This document shows, piece after piece, positions 1 to 12,835 of a stretch of DNA of 64,000 nucleotides (position 1 is the first letter of the stretch; the number at the start of each line of letters is the position of its first letter). The DNA is taken from the NCBI GenBank assembly GCA_002269645.1, contig NIVC01000494.1, forward strand, positions 310,001 to 374,000. Direction: 5' to 3'. The notes below the pieces were generated by a model that was given only the letters and a program-made list of their open reading frames with translations, did no database searches and was not told the origin of the DNA. Origin of the DNA: Macrostomum lignano. Its lineage: Eukaryota. The position numbers and the translations under genes were made by a program.

Positions 1-163
1 TCGAAAACCAATTTTTGCTAGACTACTAACTCAAGAGTAGTTTAAGCGATTATTAATACCATAATTTATGATAGAACATCTAGAGATATATATCTAGGGA
101 TACTATAGTCATTAACAATGCCCTACACCATCAGTTATTGGAGCTAAGACAAAAAAATCTAAT

Positions 164-3100
164 CTACCAACGTCCGCCGCGAGCTTTCTTCTTTTTCTGC
201 TGCTGCTGTTGCTGCTTCGGCTTAGTCGCCGTGGCGGCGGCGGCTGCTGCTCCGACAGCCGATTCTGAAGGGGCAGCAGCGGCCGCGGCGGCGCCTTCGG
301 CAGCTTCAGCGGCGGCGGCCATCTGTCTGGCTCGAACGTCCAAATCGCCGGAGGCCGCGGTGGCGCCCTGCGGTCCGCGCGTCATCTGCCTGTGCTTGTC
401 CTTCTTCTTGCCCCGATAGTAGGAGCGCTCCCGGCGGGGCAGCCAGCGCTCGGTGTCGGGCGGCGGCCCGGCAGGATCGAAGTTCTTAGGCAGCTTGCCC
501 TTCTTCTTTTTCTTCTTCTGAGCGGCGGCAGCCGAGGCTGGCGAAGCGGCGGCCTGCTTAGCCGCTTCTCTGCGGATGCGAGAAATATATTGATTTTGAT
601 CTGTTTGTCAACAATAATTGCCGCCGAAGTTGAGATACTGGCGCTAAAGTTGAGATACTGGCGCTAAAGTTGAGATACTGGCGCTTAATTTGAGTTACTG
701 GCGCTAAAGTTGAGATACTGGCGCATAATTTGAGTTACTAGCGCGTTAAAGTTGAGATACTGGCGCTAAAGTTGAGATACTGGCGCTAAAGTTGAGATAC
801 TGGCGCTAAAGTTGAGATACTGGCGCTAAAGTTGAGATACTGGCGCTAAAGTTGAGATACTGGCGCTAAAGTTGAGATACTGGCGCATAATTTGAGTTAC
901 TGGCGCGTTAAAGTTGAGATACTGGCGCTAAAGTTGAGATACTGGCGCTAAAGTTGAGATACTGGCGCTAAAGTTGAGATACTGGCGCTAAAGTTGAGAT
1001 ACTGGCGCTAAAGTTGAGATACTGGCGCTAAAGTTGAGATACTGGCGCTAAAGTTGAGATACTGGCGCATAATTTGAGTTACTGGCGCGTTAAAGTTGAG
1101 ATACTGGCGCTAAAGTTGAGATACTGGCGCTAAAGTTGAGATACTGGCGCATAATTTGAGTTACTGGCGCGTTAAAGTTGAGATACTGGCGCTAAAGTTG
1201 AGATACTGGCGCATAATTTGAGTTACTGGCGCATAATTTGAGTTACTGGCGCGTTAAAGTTGAGATACTGGCGCTAAAGTTGAGATACTGGCGCATAATT
1301 TGAGTTACTGGCGCGTTAAAGTTGAGATACTGGCGCTAAAGTTGAGATACTGGCGCTAAAGTTGAGATACTGGCGCATAATTTGAGTTACTGGCGCGTTA
1401 AAGTTGAGATACTGGCGCTAAAGTTGAGATACTGGCGCATAATTTGAGTTACTGGCGCATAATTTGAGTTACTGGCGCGTTAAAGTTGAGATACTGGCGC
1501 TAAAGTTGAGATACTGGCGCTAAAGTTTAGATGATACTGGCGCTAAAGTTGATGCTGGCGCTAAATTTGAGATACTGGCGCTAAAGTTGAGATACTGGCG
1601 CATAATTTGAGTTACTGGCGCGTTAAAGTTGAGATACTGGCGCCAAAGTTGAGATACTGGCGCCAAGTTGAGATACTGGCGCTAAAGTTGAGATACTGGC
1701 GCTAAAGTTGAAATACTGGCGTGTTAAAGTTGAGATACCGGCGCTAAAGTTGAGATACTGGCGCCAAAGTTGAGTTGCTGGCGCGTTAAAGTTGAGATAC
1801 TGGCGCTAAAGTTCAGATGATACTGGCGCTAAAGTTGATGCTGGCGCTAAATTTGAGATACTAGCGCCAAAGATTAACTACTGCGCTAAGGGTTAGCTAC
1901 TGGTGCTAAAGTTGAGATATAATAAACAAGTCAAACTTACTTTTCACCGGATTTAGCCGGTCCAGGAGCCCGCTTGGCCGAATATTTCGAGCCGAACGCG
2001 AACGAGCTTTCCAATTGGTCGGCGTCAAAGTCCGCACGAGAGCCGCTAGTGAGAGCCAGCAGGGAATCGGTCTCTTTCAATAGGCGCGAAGTCTCTTCAG
2101 CTTTGGGCGGATCGAACTGGGCGTAGGCGTGCACCAGAGAGGCGATCAGGCGCTGATCGTTTGGCGTCAGCTGGAGCAGCTCAGAGTAGAGCGCGGCCGC
2201 CGCTGGATAGTTGCCGCCCGACTGTTCGAATCTGGAATTGCATTGCCGCAATTTGCGATGCGAATTAATACTATGGTTACTACTGGCCAATGAAATCAGT
2301 AGTGAGATTTTAACATCGTAGGATCTGAAAGGGAGACAATGTGATGATCCGAGAGGCTGGCCCAGCAGCTGAGGATCTGGGAGGCTGGCAGCCCAGCAAC
2401 TGAGGATCTGGGAGGCTGGCCCAGCAACTGGAGATCTGGGAGGCTGGCCCAGCATCTGAGGATCTGGGAGACTGACGCAGCAGCATAGGACACGCACCTA
2501 GCGCTGAGCTTGAGCAGTATCTTGTGCTTCTCATCGTCCGGCTCAGTCTCGCTGTAGTGCCGCCTAGCGTCGGCCAGAAACTCGGTGACAGCGTCGCGAT
2601 CTTCAACGCTGGCGTACAATCGCATAACAGCGGAGACGATGCGATCAGAGAACAGCAAATCTGGCGGCAGCTGTTTCAAAGCTTCGCAGGCTTGCCTAGG
2701 CGAGCCGGCCTGTGCAAACAGCTGAGCCAGGGCTATGCGAGTCTGCACCAGGTCGGGCTGTTGAGCGCACAGCGATTCCAGATAGTTCGTAGCCGAAGCG
2801 TTGACTCCGCCGCCACCGGAGGCGCCACCGGGAGTGCGCTCGCGAGCCAGCTGGGCGGCCACGATCAGCGCCAGGGTCTCGTTGTTGGGATCCGATTTTA
2901 ACAGCTGCTCAGCTGAGCGCTTGCACAGATCGCCTAGGGATGGGAATTCAGGATGTTTTAATTTATAGTTCAGTTTATATATATTCTACTATCATGAATA
3001 GATTGGACAGTAGTACAGGAGGATACATTGTGTCCTACACTGGGTCCTAATAAGACACACAGGGTCCTGCTAAGAGACACAGGGTCCTGCTAAAAGACAC

Positions 3101-6100
3101 AGGGTTCTGCTAAGAGACATGGGGTTCTGCTAAGAGACACAGGGTTCTGCTAAGAGACACAGGGTCCTGCTAAGACACACAGGGTCCTGCTAAGAGACAC
3201 TGTATATCTAGAGGACATTATACAAAAAATCGCAGACAAACCAATGCATTGAAAAATTATAATAATCGCTCACCTTGATTGCTATACAAATAGACCAGGC
3301 ACTGGTTCATAGCGATAGCTTGCTTCTGTTTCTTAGTCAGCTTCTGTTTCAAAGCGTCCCCGCTAGCAAATTTGATTCGCTTCTTGCTGTCGAACAGATT
3401 CTGATCCCGATTAGCGCACACCAGGTTGTTTGCGCACACGGCTAGAAGGCTGGCGTCAGCCAGTTTGGCATTGGCAATTGACTGGTAGGTCTTTCTGGCC
3501 TCCTGCTGCCGCTGCTGATTGCCCGTTTTCTGGAAGATGAGTAACAAAGTTCAAATCCATTAAAACCACGGATCTCAGAATTGGGACACCAGGGGTCTCA
3601 GGATTGTCAGGACACCAGGGGTCTCTCAAGATTGTCAGGACACCACGGGTCTCAGGATTGTCAGGACACCAGGGGTCTCTCAGGATTGTCAGGACACCAG
3701 GGGTCTCAGGATTGTCAGGACACCAGGGGTCTCAGGATTGTCAGGACACCAGGGGTCTCTCAGGATTGTCAGGACACCAGGGGTCTCAGGATTGTCAGGA
3801 CACCAGGGGTCTCAGGATTGGGACATCAGGGGTCTCAGGATTGTCAGGACACCAGGGGTCTCTCAGGATTGTCAGGACACCAGGGGTCTCAGGATTGTCA
3901 GGACACCAGGGGTCTCAGGATTGTCAGGACACCAGGGGTCTCAGGATTGTCAGGACACCAGGGGTCTCAGGATTGGGACCAGAGGTCTCAGGATTGTCAG
4001 GACACCACGGGTCTCAGGATTGGGACCAGAGGTCTCAGGATGCATAAAGAGGACCGATTTGATTTCAAAGCTCTGATTTCGAAGTCAGATTTAGATTTAG
4101 GGTTACGACAAGACAAGTTTCAAGATTTAGACGCCAAATACTATTACAATGATATCCAGTAGAACACAAAGCTTTCATGATCACAAGATATATTTATATA
4201 CATAGAACTGTAGCCCACCTGAGCGAGGTAAGCCTGCTGAAACTGTATCGGCGCCAGCTCTTCCATCAGAGTCTCCTGATCGTCCTCGGCCAGGGCCTCG
4301 CGGCAGGTTCGCTCCGCTTCGCTCAGCGTCTCGGCCGCTTCGTCTAGACGGCCGCGGCCAATCAGAGCGCAAGCCACGTTATAAAGTTGGTCGTACGTGT
4401 CCCTGGGTGGAAGCGCATTTCGGTGTACCGGTACCAGTTAGAGAGCCAGTCTTAGTTGAACTGCTACCCTCCCAACTCCTGCTGCTACCCTCCCAACTCC
4501 TGCTGCTGCTACCCTCTCCAACTCCTGCTGCTACCCTCCCCAACTCCTGCTGCTACCCTCCCCAACTCCTGCTGCTACCCTCCCCAACTCCTGCTGCTGC
4601 TACCCTCTCCAACTCCTGCTGCTACCCTCCCCAACTCCTGCTGCTACCCTCCCCAACTCCTGCTGCTACCCTCCCCAACTCCTGCTGCTGCTACCCTCTC
4701 CAACTCCTGCTGCTACCCTCCCCAACTCCTGCTGCTACCCTCCCCAACTCCTGCTGCTGCTACCCTCTCCAACTCCTGCTGCTACCCTCCCCAACTCCTG
4801 CTGCTACCCTCCCCAACTCCTGCTGCTACCCTCCCAACTCCTGCTGCTACCCTCCCCAACTCCTGCTGCTGCTACCCTCTCCAACTCCTGCTGCTACCCT
4901 CCCCAACTCCTGCTGCTACCCTCCCCAACTCCTGCTGCTACCCTCCCAACTCCTGCTGCTACCCTCCCCAACTCCTGCTGCTGCTACCCTCTCCAACTCC
5001 TGCTGCTACCCTCCCCAACTCCTGCTGCTACCCTCCCCAACTCCTGCTGCTACCCTCCCAACTCCTGCTGCTACCCTCCCCAACTCCTGCTGCTTCCCTC
5101 TCCAACTCCTGCTGCTACCCTCCCCAACTCCTGCTGCTACCCTCCCCAACTCCTGCTGCTACCCTCCCCAACTCCTGCTGCTTCCCTCTCCAACTCCTGC
5201 TGCTACCCTCCCAACTCCTGCTGCTACCCTCCCCAACTCCTGCTGCTGCTACCCTCTCCAACTCCTGCTGCTACCCTCCCCAACTCCTGCTGCTTCCCTC
5301 TCCAACTCCTGCTGCTACCCTCCCCAACTCCTGCTGCTACCCTCCCCAACTCCTGCTGCTACCCTCCCCAACTCCTGCTGCTACCCTCCCCAACTCCTGC
5401 TGCGATTGCCAAGCTGCTACGCAAAAAAACAAATTTACCTGGCCAACAGTTTTATAGCTTCATCCTCCTCAGCATCATTCAGTTGTTCAGAGTCGCCAAA
5501 CAAACACCTGGCGGCGCAGGCGGCAGCCATATTAGCTTCGCGTTCTTCGCCATAATCGTCCGCACAATTGCGCACCAGACTGCGGTACAATGCCAGCGAT
5601 TCGTTAAACCGCTCGAGACGGTAAAGCACCTGGAGAAGCATCAAAAAGACGCTTAAGAATCATTTTTAGAAGCGTTTTTGAAACGACTCTAGGGCGACGG
5701 TATAACGACTCTGGGCCCGTAGAGTCGTAATTGAGGCGTGTTAGAGTCAATTTAGAGTTTCTGAATTGTGTTTGAAGTGCTCTAACTAGCCTACTGAGTT
5801 AGTAGGAAGTTAAGCGCCAACACAAACGATTATTGGACGAGTCATGTGACTCTTTTACGATTCTACAACTCACGCGAAACGCTTGTGACGCAACAGTCGC
5901 CTCTCCGTCGTATTACAGTCGTTTTGAGTCGTTAAAAAGTGACAAGAGTTGCCTCAGAGTCACTAGAGTCACTAGTGAGTTGTTTGCAACCGACTTTTCA
6001 GCGATTCTTCTCATGGTAACGTTTTCAATGGGTAAGTCCCAAACCTCAGGGACTTGGACTTCCCTCATCATTAGCTGCAGCAGAACTCTAACAATGAATA

Positions 6101-9100
6101 AATCCCTATCATTTTGAAAAATCAAACTGCTATTAAATACAGACCTGAGCACGCAGCTCCTGATCTCGAAGCGAATCGCAATTCTCTAAACTGGCCAGAG
6201 CCTCGGCTAGTCGATTGAGCCGGTACTCGCAATAGGCGCGCTCGAATTTCTGTTCGACGCCGAATTTACTACGACTCGGCTTGAGGTGGTGAAGACAGTC
6301 CTCGAACTTGCCCAGATGGATTAGTGCGGCCGTTTTGCATTGGAATGCTTTCTGCTCGTCTGGAGACTCTGATAGAACTGGGGGTGTGACAAGCATTCAA
6401 ATAATGTCTGGCGATCTTGTTAAAAAAGTTATTTCGTCAATCTAAAGTATCTTAAATTGAAAAAACAACTTGATTTTGAAATTAGTTTTGCCCATTCAGT
6501 TTTGCAGATGCTTTTGAATAAATTGAGAAATTTTTCTACTTACAATAAACAAATTTATTTGTGAATTTATTATGAATAACATTTTATAATAAGTCTTAAC
6601 TGACATTTTAATCTAGGTTTTTTGCTAGCACAAATATACAAAATCACACCCAAGGTTCAATTTTAGGATGTGACTTGGAAAGTCATAAGATACTATATGT
6701 ATAATATATAAGATCCATATTACATAAAAAAGAAAAAAACAAAGAATGAGTTTCTTCATTGGCACTAAGATGCAATATTGCATGTAAGGTCCAATTTAAA
6801 GGTACAATTTTGAAAGTCTATATGCTATACAGTATCCCAATTGCACAAAAAATAACCCTAGATTTTAATGCTTTTTTTATAGTTTATGAGTATGTAGTTT
6901 TCAAACATTAGGTAATAAAAATAGAACATAAATAGCATAGATTAGTTTAATTTAATAATTTAATAATTAATAATCTAATTTAATACAAACCTGATTTCTA
7001 CGTTTTTTTACAAGGTAAAGGTTTAAAATTTTAACAAAAAATGTACAATTTTTGTTTTTGTTCTTTGTATGTATGAAATGTTATATAAATACCATAGTCA
7101 GGAAAAATATGTACACAAGAAATTTCTGGGGTATACTTAAGAAATTTGGTATATAGGTTGGCATACAAAAATTGATTTTGGGCTTTTGGTATACACATTT
7201 AATGTTTTGGTGTGCGACATACACCAAAAATTAAGAAAATATGTTATCAATAATTTACAATAGTTGTACATGCATTATAATTGTAAAATTTGATAACTAT
7301 TTAATACAAAACTGATTTCCATGTTTTTTATAAGGCAGCAACTTAAATTTTAACTAAAAATTCACAAAATTTGTTTTTATTATATATATCAAACAGTATA
7401 CAAAAATAATTATTTTTAGCATATATCTTTGTCTAATTAAAATTAAATATCAAAATCCCTAGACTAGTAATAATGTTTCAAAATTTATAATTTAGAGCTT
7501 TGCATAAGGTAATGTATTTGGATAGCTTTTTTCCAGGGTATATATAAAGTGTTCCAAACTATGTATGGTCTGATACTAGATTCTAATGAATACTATGTCA
7601 TTGGCATTTGCTTGCCTATGATAGATATACTTTAATAATTATTATTATTATTATTTGCTTTTCAATATACCTAAAATTAAACATGCAATTTTAAGAGTAT
7701 ATTAAAAGTTATCATGATAGAACTACTCATTTATAATTTAATACCAATAATTTTTAGTGATAATTGTCATTGATATTTATGACTAGCTTAGGCTCTAAAA
7801 AGGACAAAGAAATATTTGCATAAAATTGATCAAAGCTATTCAATATAGATAAAAAACAATAAAATAGTTGTCTAATCTAGTGCATTAATCACTTTGTTAT
7901 CAAGTGTAATAATTGTTTTAAATTGTATGATTTAAATTCTTAATGAAAAAAAAAGTTTACACTATAAAGATTTGAACCCTAGCCATTGTATTAGCACTCC
8001 AATCTATTGAGGTCTAGGCTAGCTCTCATTGAATTAATAAAGGAAATGCTTATTCCCACAGTCCCATGCCGATAATTCCAATTTTATCCATATGGATCCA
8101 TGTCAATAATTTCCAGCTTATCCTCACGGCAGCTTTTTGGAATAAAGAACCTTAAAATGAATCTGTTCAAAAACCTTATTTTTGTTTTTGCTGTTTTACA
8201 AATCTTCCAAATAAACTACATATACTGAATATTGAATAATATTGAGTACTTTGTTAAAAATTTTTGTTATTGAAAGGGTTAATTTTAAATATTTGCTTAG
8301 CTCCTAGCTTTGCTTTGAATGACCAAATGACCCAAAGATTGAGGCAAATAAGACTTGCAAAATTCAAAATTCAAAATATAATAATAATGGTAATATTACT
8401 AATAATAATAACAATATTGATTTAATGTTAGTACACAAAACTAAACACAAACAACTGCACAATCTTAGCTGTGGGGATAAGATGAAAATTATTGACATGG
8501 ATCTGTGTGGATAAAATTGGAATTATTGGCATGGTACCATAGGGATAAGCACTTCCATTAAAAAATGAATTGTAACACTTATATAATTTAACACTCACAC
8601 AAAGCAGTTATGAAATAATCAATTTCTTAGCCAGTCAATATTAGTCTTAGTTAAAGTTAATAATATGTTACACAATATAAGTTGTGCTAGATGCTTCTAC
8701 AATGCATTTTCAACACTGTGATACAATTCAATTCACTGTAAAAATTCAATCAATACATAGACAGAATAAATAAAAAGTGTGGTATGATACAATCTATTTA
8801 AGAATTAGAATTCAACTAGTCCATTTCTTTTCTAACATTCTTACAATGCATTTCAAGTTTAAAGAACTGTTTGACCTTTGCAAAAAAGCATGTTTTTCAA
8901 ATATTTAATCCCTTTAGCATCAAGCCATTTTTTAGCCACACTACATGTACCATCACAAAAAATTCTGATTGAATGGTGCAAGTTTGAAGAAAATTGGTTG
9001 AGCTATTTTTCTCTAATCTAATCAATCATATAGATATAGACAAACAACTCATTTTTAATATATGATTGCAGACAAACTCTATAGTTACAAAGTATACTTT

Positions 9101-9663
9101 GTCAATAGTAACAAAGTGATAAACAAATAAACCTTCAAGAAAAATGTTGAAAATGTTGTTGCATTGCCATTATAGAATTTACTAATAATATAGAAAACTT
9201 AAAGCTAATATATATATTACAAGAGCTTTTCTACCATATTTATTTAAGTCCTTTTAGTTGTAATTGTAATTATTTTTTTTAACAAATAATTTTATTAAAG
9301 ACAAAGCTATTCATGAACAATTTGTGCTTTTATACATGTCATTTTTAACTGAAATAAATTTATTTTAGAGCTTCATTGACATTGCATTTGAATCACCAAT
9401 ACAGTTTTTTAAAAACATGCTTTAAATTTATGGATTTCGCCATACTATAGCCCTAGAATAAACAACTTTATAAACATGTTAGAAAAACCAAAAATGCCAA
9501 TAAATCTATAGCTTTAAAAGTCAGTGAATAAAGAAAAATTTTTAATAGGTCTTAGGAGCTCACCTTTGTTACTAATGGTAAGTACTTTTTCCCATTCAGA
9601 GGCCTTCACAGCTGCATTTAGATCACTATACAATCCAGGAACTATAGAAACATTACTGCTCAT
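164..9663 (-). CDS. SRP72: Signal recognition particle subunit SRP72, 8 exons: 9663-9564, 6377-6145, 5629-5439, 4402-4219, 3529-3274, 2932-2498, 2231-1941, 569-164
   Basis: Spliced translation gives MSSNVSIVPGLYSDLNAAVKASEWEKVLTISNK/VLSESPDEQKAFQCK...FERAYCEYRLNR...QVLYRLERFNESLALYRSLVRN...YNVACALIGRG...LLAVCANNLVCANRDQNLFDSKKR...KKGKLPKNFDP...DTERWLPRRERSYYRG. This matches the known SRP72 N-terminal TPR region and the C-terminal RNA-binding motif (PDPERWLPxRERS). All introns are GT-AG and phases are compatible, except for an apparent 1-nt deletion early in exon 6 (see findings). Confidence 0.95.
627..1920. repeat. Minisatellite, 20-22 bp unit (CTAAAGTTGAGATACTGGCG plus variants), SRP72 last intron
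   Basis: Direct tandem copies; the variant CATAATTTGAGTTACTGGCG is usually followed by a 22-bp variant, giving higher-order structure. Confidence 0.97.
2350..2472. repeat. Short tandem repeat, ~28 bp unit (GAGGATCTGGGAGGCTGGCCCAGCAACT), SRP72 intron 6
   Basis: 4-5 visible copies. Confidence 0.85.
3035..3200. repeat. Minisatellite, ~20 bp unit (CTAAGAGACACAGGGTCCTG), SRP72 intron 5
   Basis: Direct tandem copies. Confidence 0.92.
3580..4040. repeat. Minisatellite, 26-28 bp unit (GGACACCAGGGGTCTCAGGATTGTCA), SRP72 intron 4
   Basis: Direct tandem copies; source of the spurious ORFs at 3581-4162. Confidence 0.95.
4461..5402. repeat. Minisatellite, ~22 bp unit (CTGCTGCTACCCTCCCCAACTC), SRP72 intron 3
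   Basis: Direct tandem copies; source of the spurious ORFs at 4407-5555. Confidence 0.97.
8042..8556. mobile_element. Old Mutator-like MITE in SRP72 intron 1
   Basis: ~95-bp imperfect TIRs (GGAAATGCTTATTCCC... at 8042 and ...GGGATAAGCACTTCC ending at 8556), flanked by ATTAATAAA / ATTAAAAAA (9-bp TSD, one mismatch). G termini plus a 9-bp TSD fit Mutator. Confidence 0.7.
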
Positions 9664-10682
9664 TTTAAGGTTCTTTACGTTTGATTAAACTTACAAAAAA
9701 CGATGGTTTAGCTTTAAAGTAATGCAAGGTATTTTATTTCTATGAAAGGTATTTCGTCAACTGGCGTGAACTCTGACATTTCTTGCAATATGTGATATAC
9801 TGGAAGCGCAGTTTGCAAACAATAGCTTAAACAAAATAGAAAGTAAAGAAATTATCTTCTAAGCTAAATTTACATTAAATATAAAATGTTTTTGCTTAAA
9901 GACTAATTTGTACAGGTCTTAAAAATTAATAATTTTTTATACGAAAATTTTTACGACTTTTAGTCTTTTTTGTGTTTCTTAGAAATCGTCACTAACTATA
10001 TATGCCCTTTTCAGATGGGTTTTAACGTCCTTTGAACCAAAATATAAACGAAACCTTTTTAGCGTAGCATAATTTTCAGCTCTTATTTTTTCCCTTTGTT
10101 GAATTAAGGCTTTAAAATAAAGACTTAAATTAAGACTTTTTTATTTTAGATGCGGACGTAGAAATGCAGAGACGTGGATATGCGGATTGCGGATGGCCTT
10201 TCTACTACATGTAGCACTGATGTTTCCGCATGAGCTCATGTACCTCAAGGGCCCCTGTAGTGTATAACTACACTTTAACAACACTTATACTCACTTATAC
10301 TACACTAATACTACACTTATATACTACAGTGGTCCTTTTTGATGTAAAACACAATTGCGTATTACTAAATTTCCTTTCTTTGTTCGATCGATTCTTTACT
10401 TCCTTTTTCTTTCTTAATTTTTCTATCAATATTTGTCTGAATTAATTTTCTTCTTTTCTTTCATGCTTTTTACCAATTTAATTTTCCATTAGAACTCTAT
10501 TGTTTCATTCCGAATCTTTTCGCGACTTTTGGAGTATTTCGAAGGGCGGGATATTTTGACTTTTTGGGTGAGTGTATAGTAACGAATAAGCTCATGCTCA
10601 GATATTTAAAAAGTTCTAATGTTATTTAACAAATTGGCTCAGCCCAATCAGAATCGACGTGTTCTAAAACGATCAGTCTTGA

Positions 10683-11179
10683 ATGCGGTGCCAAAATGAG
10701 TTGCCTGTCTGCAAGCGGCGCCAAAATGAGTGCCTACATGTACATGTAGCTGCGGAGCCAAAATGAGTGCACCCTACATGTACATGTAGCTGCGGAGCCA
10801 AAATGAGTGCACCCTACATGTACATGTAGCTGCGGAGCCAAAATGATTGCCTGTGGCGCCAAAAAAAGTGCCTGCAGCGCCAAAATAAGTGCCTGCGACA
10901 CTTATGAGTACCTGTGGCGCCAAAATGAGTGCCTGCGCGCGGCGCCATGAGTTTCGAGCGCCAAAATGACTGCCTGTGGCGTCAAAATGATCGTGCCTGC
11001 AGTGCCATAATAAGTGTCTGTGGCGCCATAATGAATGCCTGTGGCGCGATAATAAGTGCCTGAATGCGGCGCCAAAATGATTGCAAACAACACCAAACTC
11101 ATGTACTCGTAGAAATTTAGCCATGTAGAATTCTTGGCTTTCTCACCCCACCATAAAATCCATGATGGCGCCATCCCTG
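10683..11179. mobile_element. Truncated copy of the hAT-type MITE family with internal 21-bp repeats
   Basis: GCGGCGCCAAAATGAGTGCCT-type units followed by the same subterminal sequence (...CCATAAAATCCATG...CCCTG) as the 11491-12101 copy; left TIR not found. Confidence 0.7.
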
Positions 11180-11490
11180 CTGCCGCTGGCACTCTGAGTA
11201 CTGTATCTGTTTTGTCGGGTGAGGCTTTTTGGACCTGCTTAGCTGGGAGCACTCTTTATCTGGCCCCAAATTTTCAGTAGCCTGATAAGGTGTTGCACTT
11301 TAATTGCTTGCAATTTCGTGAGCTTTTCCGAGGCAGAAGTCCAACGTTTAATACTAAGAGTAGTTTATTCGCTCTGAATCAGGTTAATTATAACTTGCTT
11401 GTATGTATAGCGAGAATTAAAGCAAATATTTTTCTGATCTCCAAATTAACTGATTTCTACCTTACAAATTTTCTCTGCTTGTCTCTCATC

Positions 11491-12101
11491 CAGGGGCGTC
11501 GCCAACGGGGGGGACAGGGGAACATGTCCCCCCCAGTAAAAGATCTGGGGGGGACATGCCAATGCTTTGTCCGCCCCCCCCTAATTTGTGAGCCGTTATG
11601 GAAATCAATAATTTTGCTGCAGGGCGACATAGCGCATGAGGCGCTAAAATGAGTGCCTGCGGCGCCAAAATGAGTGTCTGCGGCGCTGAGTGCCTGCGGC
11701 GCAAAAATGAGTGTCTGCGGCGCCAAAATGAGTGCCTGCGGCGCTAAAATGAGTGCCTGCGGCGCCAAAAGGAATGCCTGCGGCGCCAAAATGAATGTCT
11801 GCGGCGCCAAAAAGAATGCCTGTGGTGCCCAAATGAGTGCCTGCGGCGCTAAGATGAGTGCCTGCGGCGTCAAAATGAGTGTCTGCGGCACCAAAATGAG
11901 TGCCTGCGGCGCTAAAATGAGTGCATGCGGCGCTAAAATGAGTGCATGCGGCGCTAAAGTGAATGCTTGTGGCGCTAAAATGATCGTGCTGACAACACCA
12001 ATTCTCAAAATAATGTACTTGTAGGAATTTAGTCATGTACATGTACATGCAATAATTGTTGGCTTTGTCCCCCCGCCATAAAATCCATGGCGACGCGCCT
12101 G
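11491..12101. mobile_element. hAT-type non-autonomous MITE (611 bp) carrying a 21-bp minisatellite
   Basis: TIRs CAGGGGCGTCGCCA / TGGCGACGCGCCTG; perfect 8-bp TSD CTCTCATC at 11483-11490 and 12102-12109. An 8-bp TSD with CAG termini is typical of hAT. Confidence 0.9.
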
Positions 12102-12342
12102 CTCTCATCAACTGTCTTTCCTTAGCTATTGGACCCAGCTCTTCATCACATCTCTACGCTACCTTGGAACTGAGCATATATAGACAGGATCGTGGAGGTT
12201 AGAGCATTAAGTGAGTGGTTTCTATGCTCTGATCGATCTGATAAGCCTCCGATTAAGGGCTTAAGAATTTGCGGAACCTATCATAGGATCGCAATTTGGC
12301 TCTAAAATCTAGCTTGCGGTACTAGATTAACTCGAAAATCCC

Positions 12343-12500
12343 CACTTGGGCCCCGCCATAGACTACAGAAATGTATTTATTTAACACTTAGGCCCCGCCA
12401 TGGACTACAGAAATGTATTTATTTAACACTTGGGCCCCGCCAAAGACTACAGAAATGTATTTATTTAACACTTGGGCCCCGCCATGGGCTACAGTCTACA
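12343..12500. repeat. 42-bp tandem repeat, ~3.5 copies
   Basis: CACTTGGGCCCCGCCATAGACTACAGAAATGTATTTATTTAA starting at 12343, 12385, 12427 and 12469. Confidence 0.9.
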
Positions 12501-12835
12501 GAAATTTATTTTTCTGTAATACATTTTTCTGCCTCACGCCATAAAATACCAAATACGAGCGTAAATTGCAGCCCACACACGTGCGCTAGCAAAGCCTTTG
12601 GTTTGCAATCGTTTGTGTTCACGTGCACCCAAAGTTGAAACACAGTGCTCAACAGCATCAAGTCTAGTCTAGTACAGTAATTGTTGCTTTGATTTATATA
12701 TACAAAAGGGGTAAAAGAGAAGACGATGCTATGGCGCTGGGTTGCTCTATTCATGCAAAATTTGGCTACGCCATCTTGAATAATTTTACGAGACCTTTTA
12801 TCGCGCAATACTGATTGGCGCTAATTGAATCTGAA

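Noticed and set aside
138-667. Plus-strand ORFs 138-419 and 392-667 (and 2524-2901, 42659-43849 etc.)
   Set aside because: Antisense shadows of GC-rich SRP72 and GAPDH exons.
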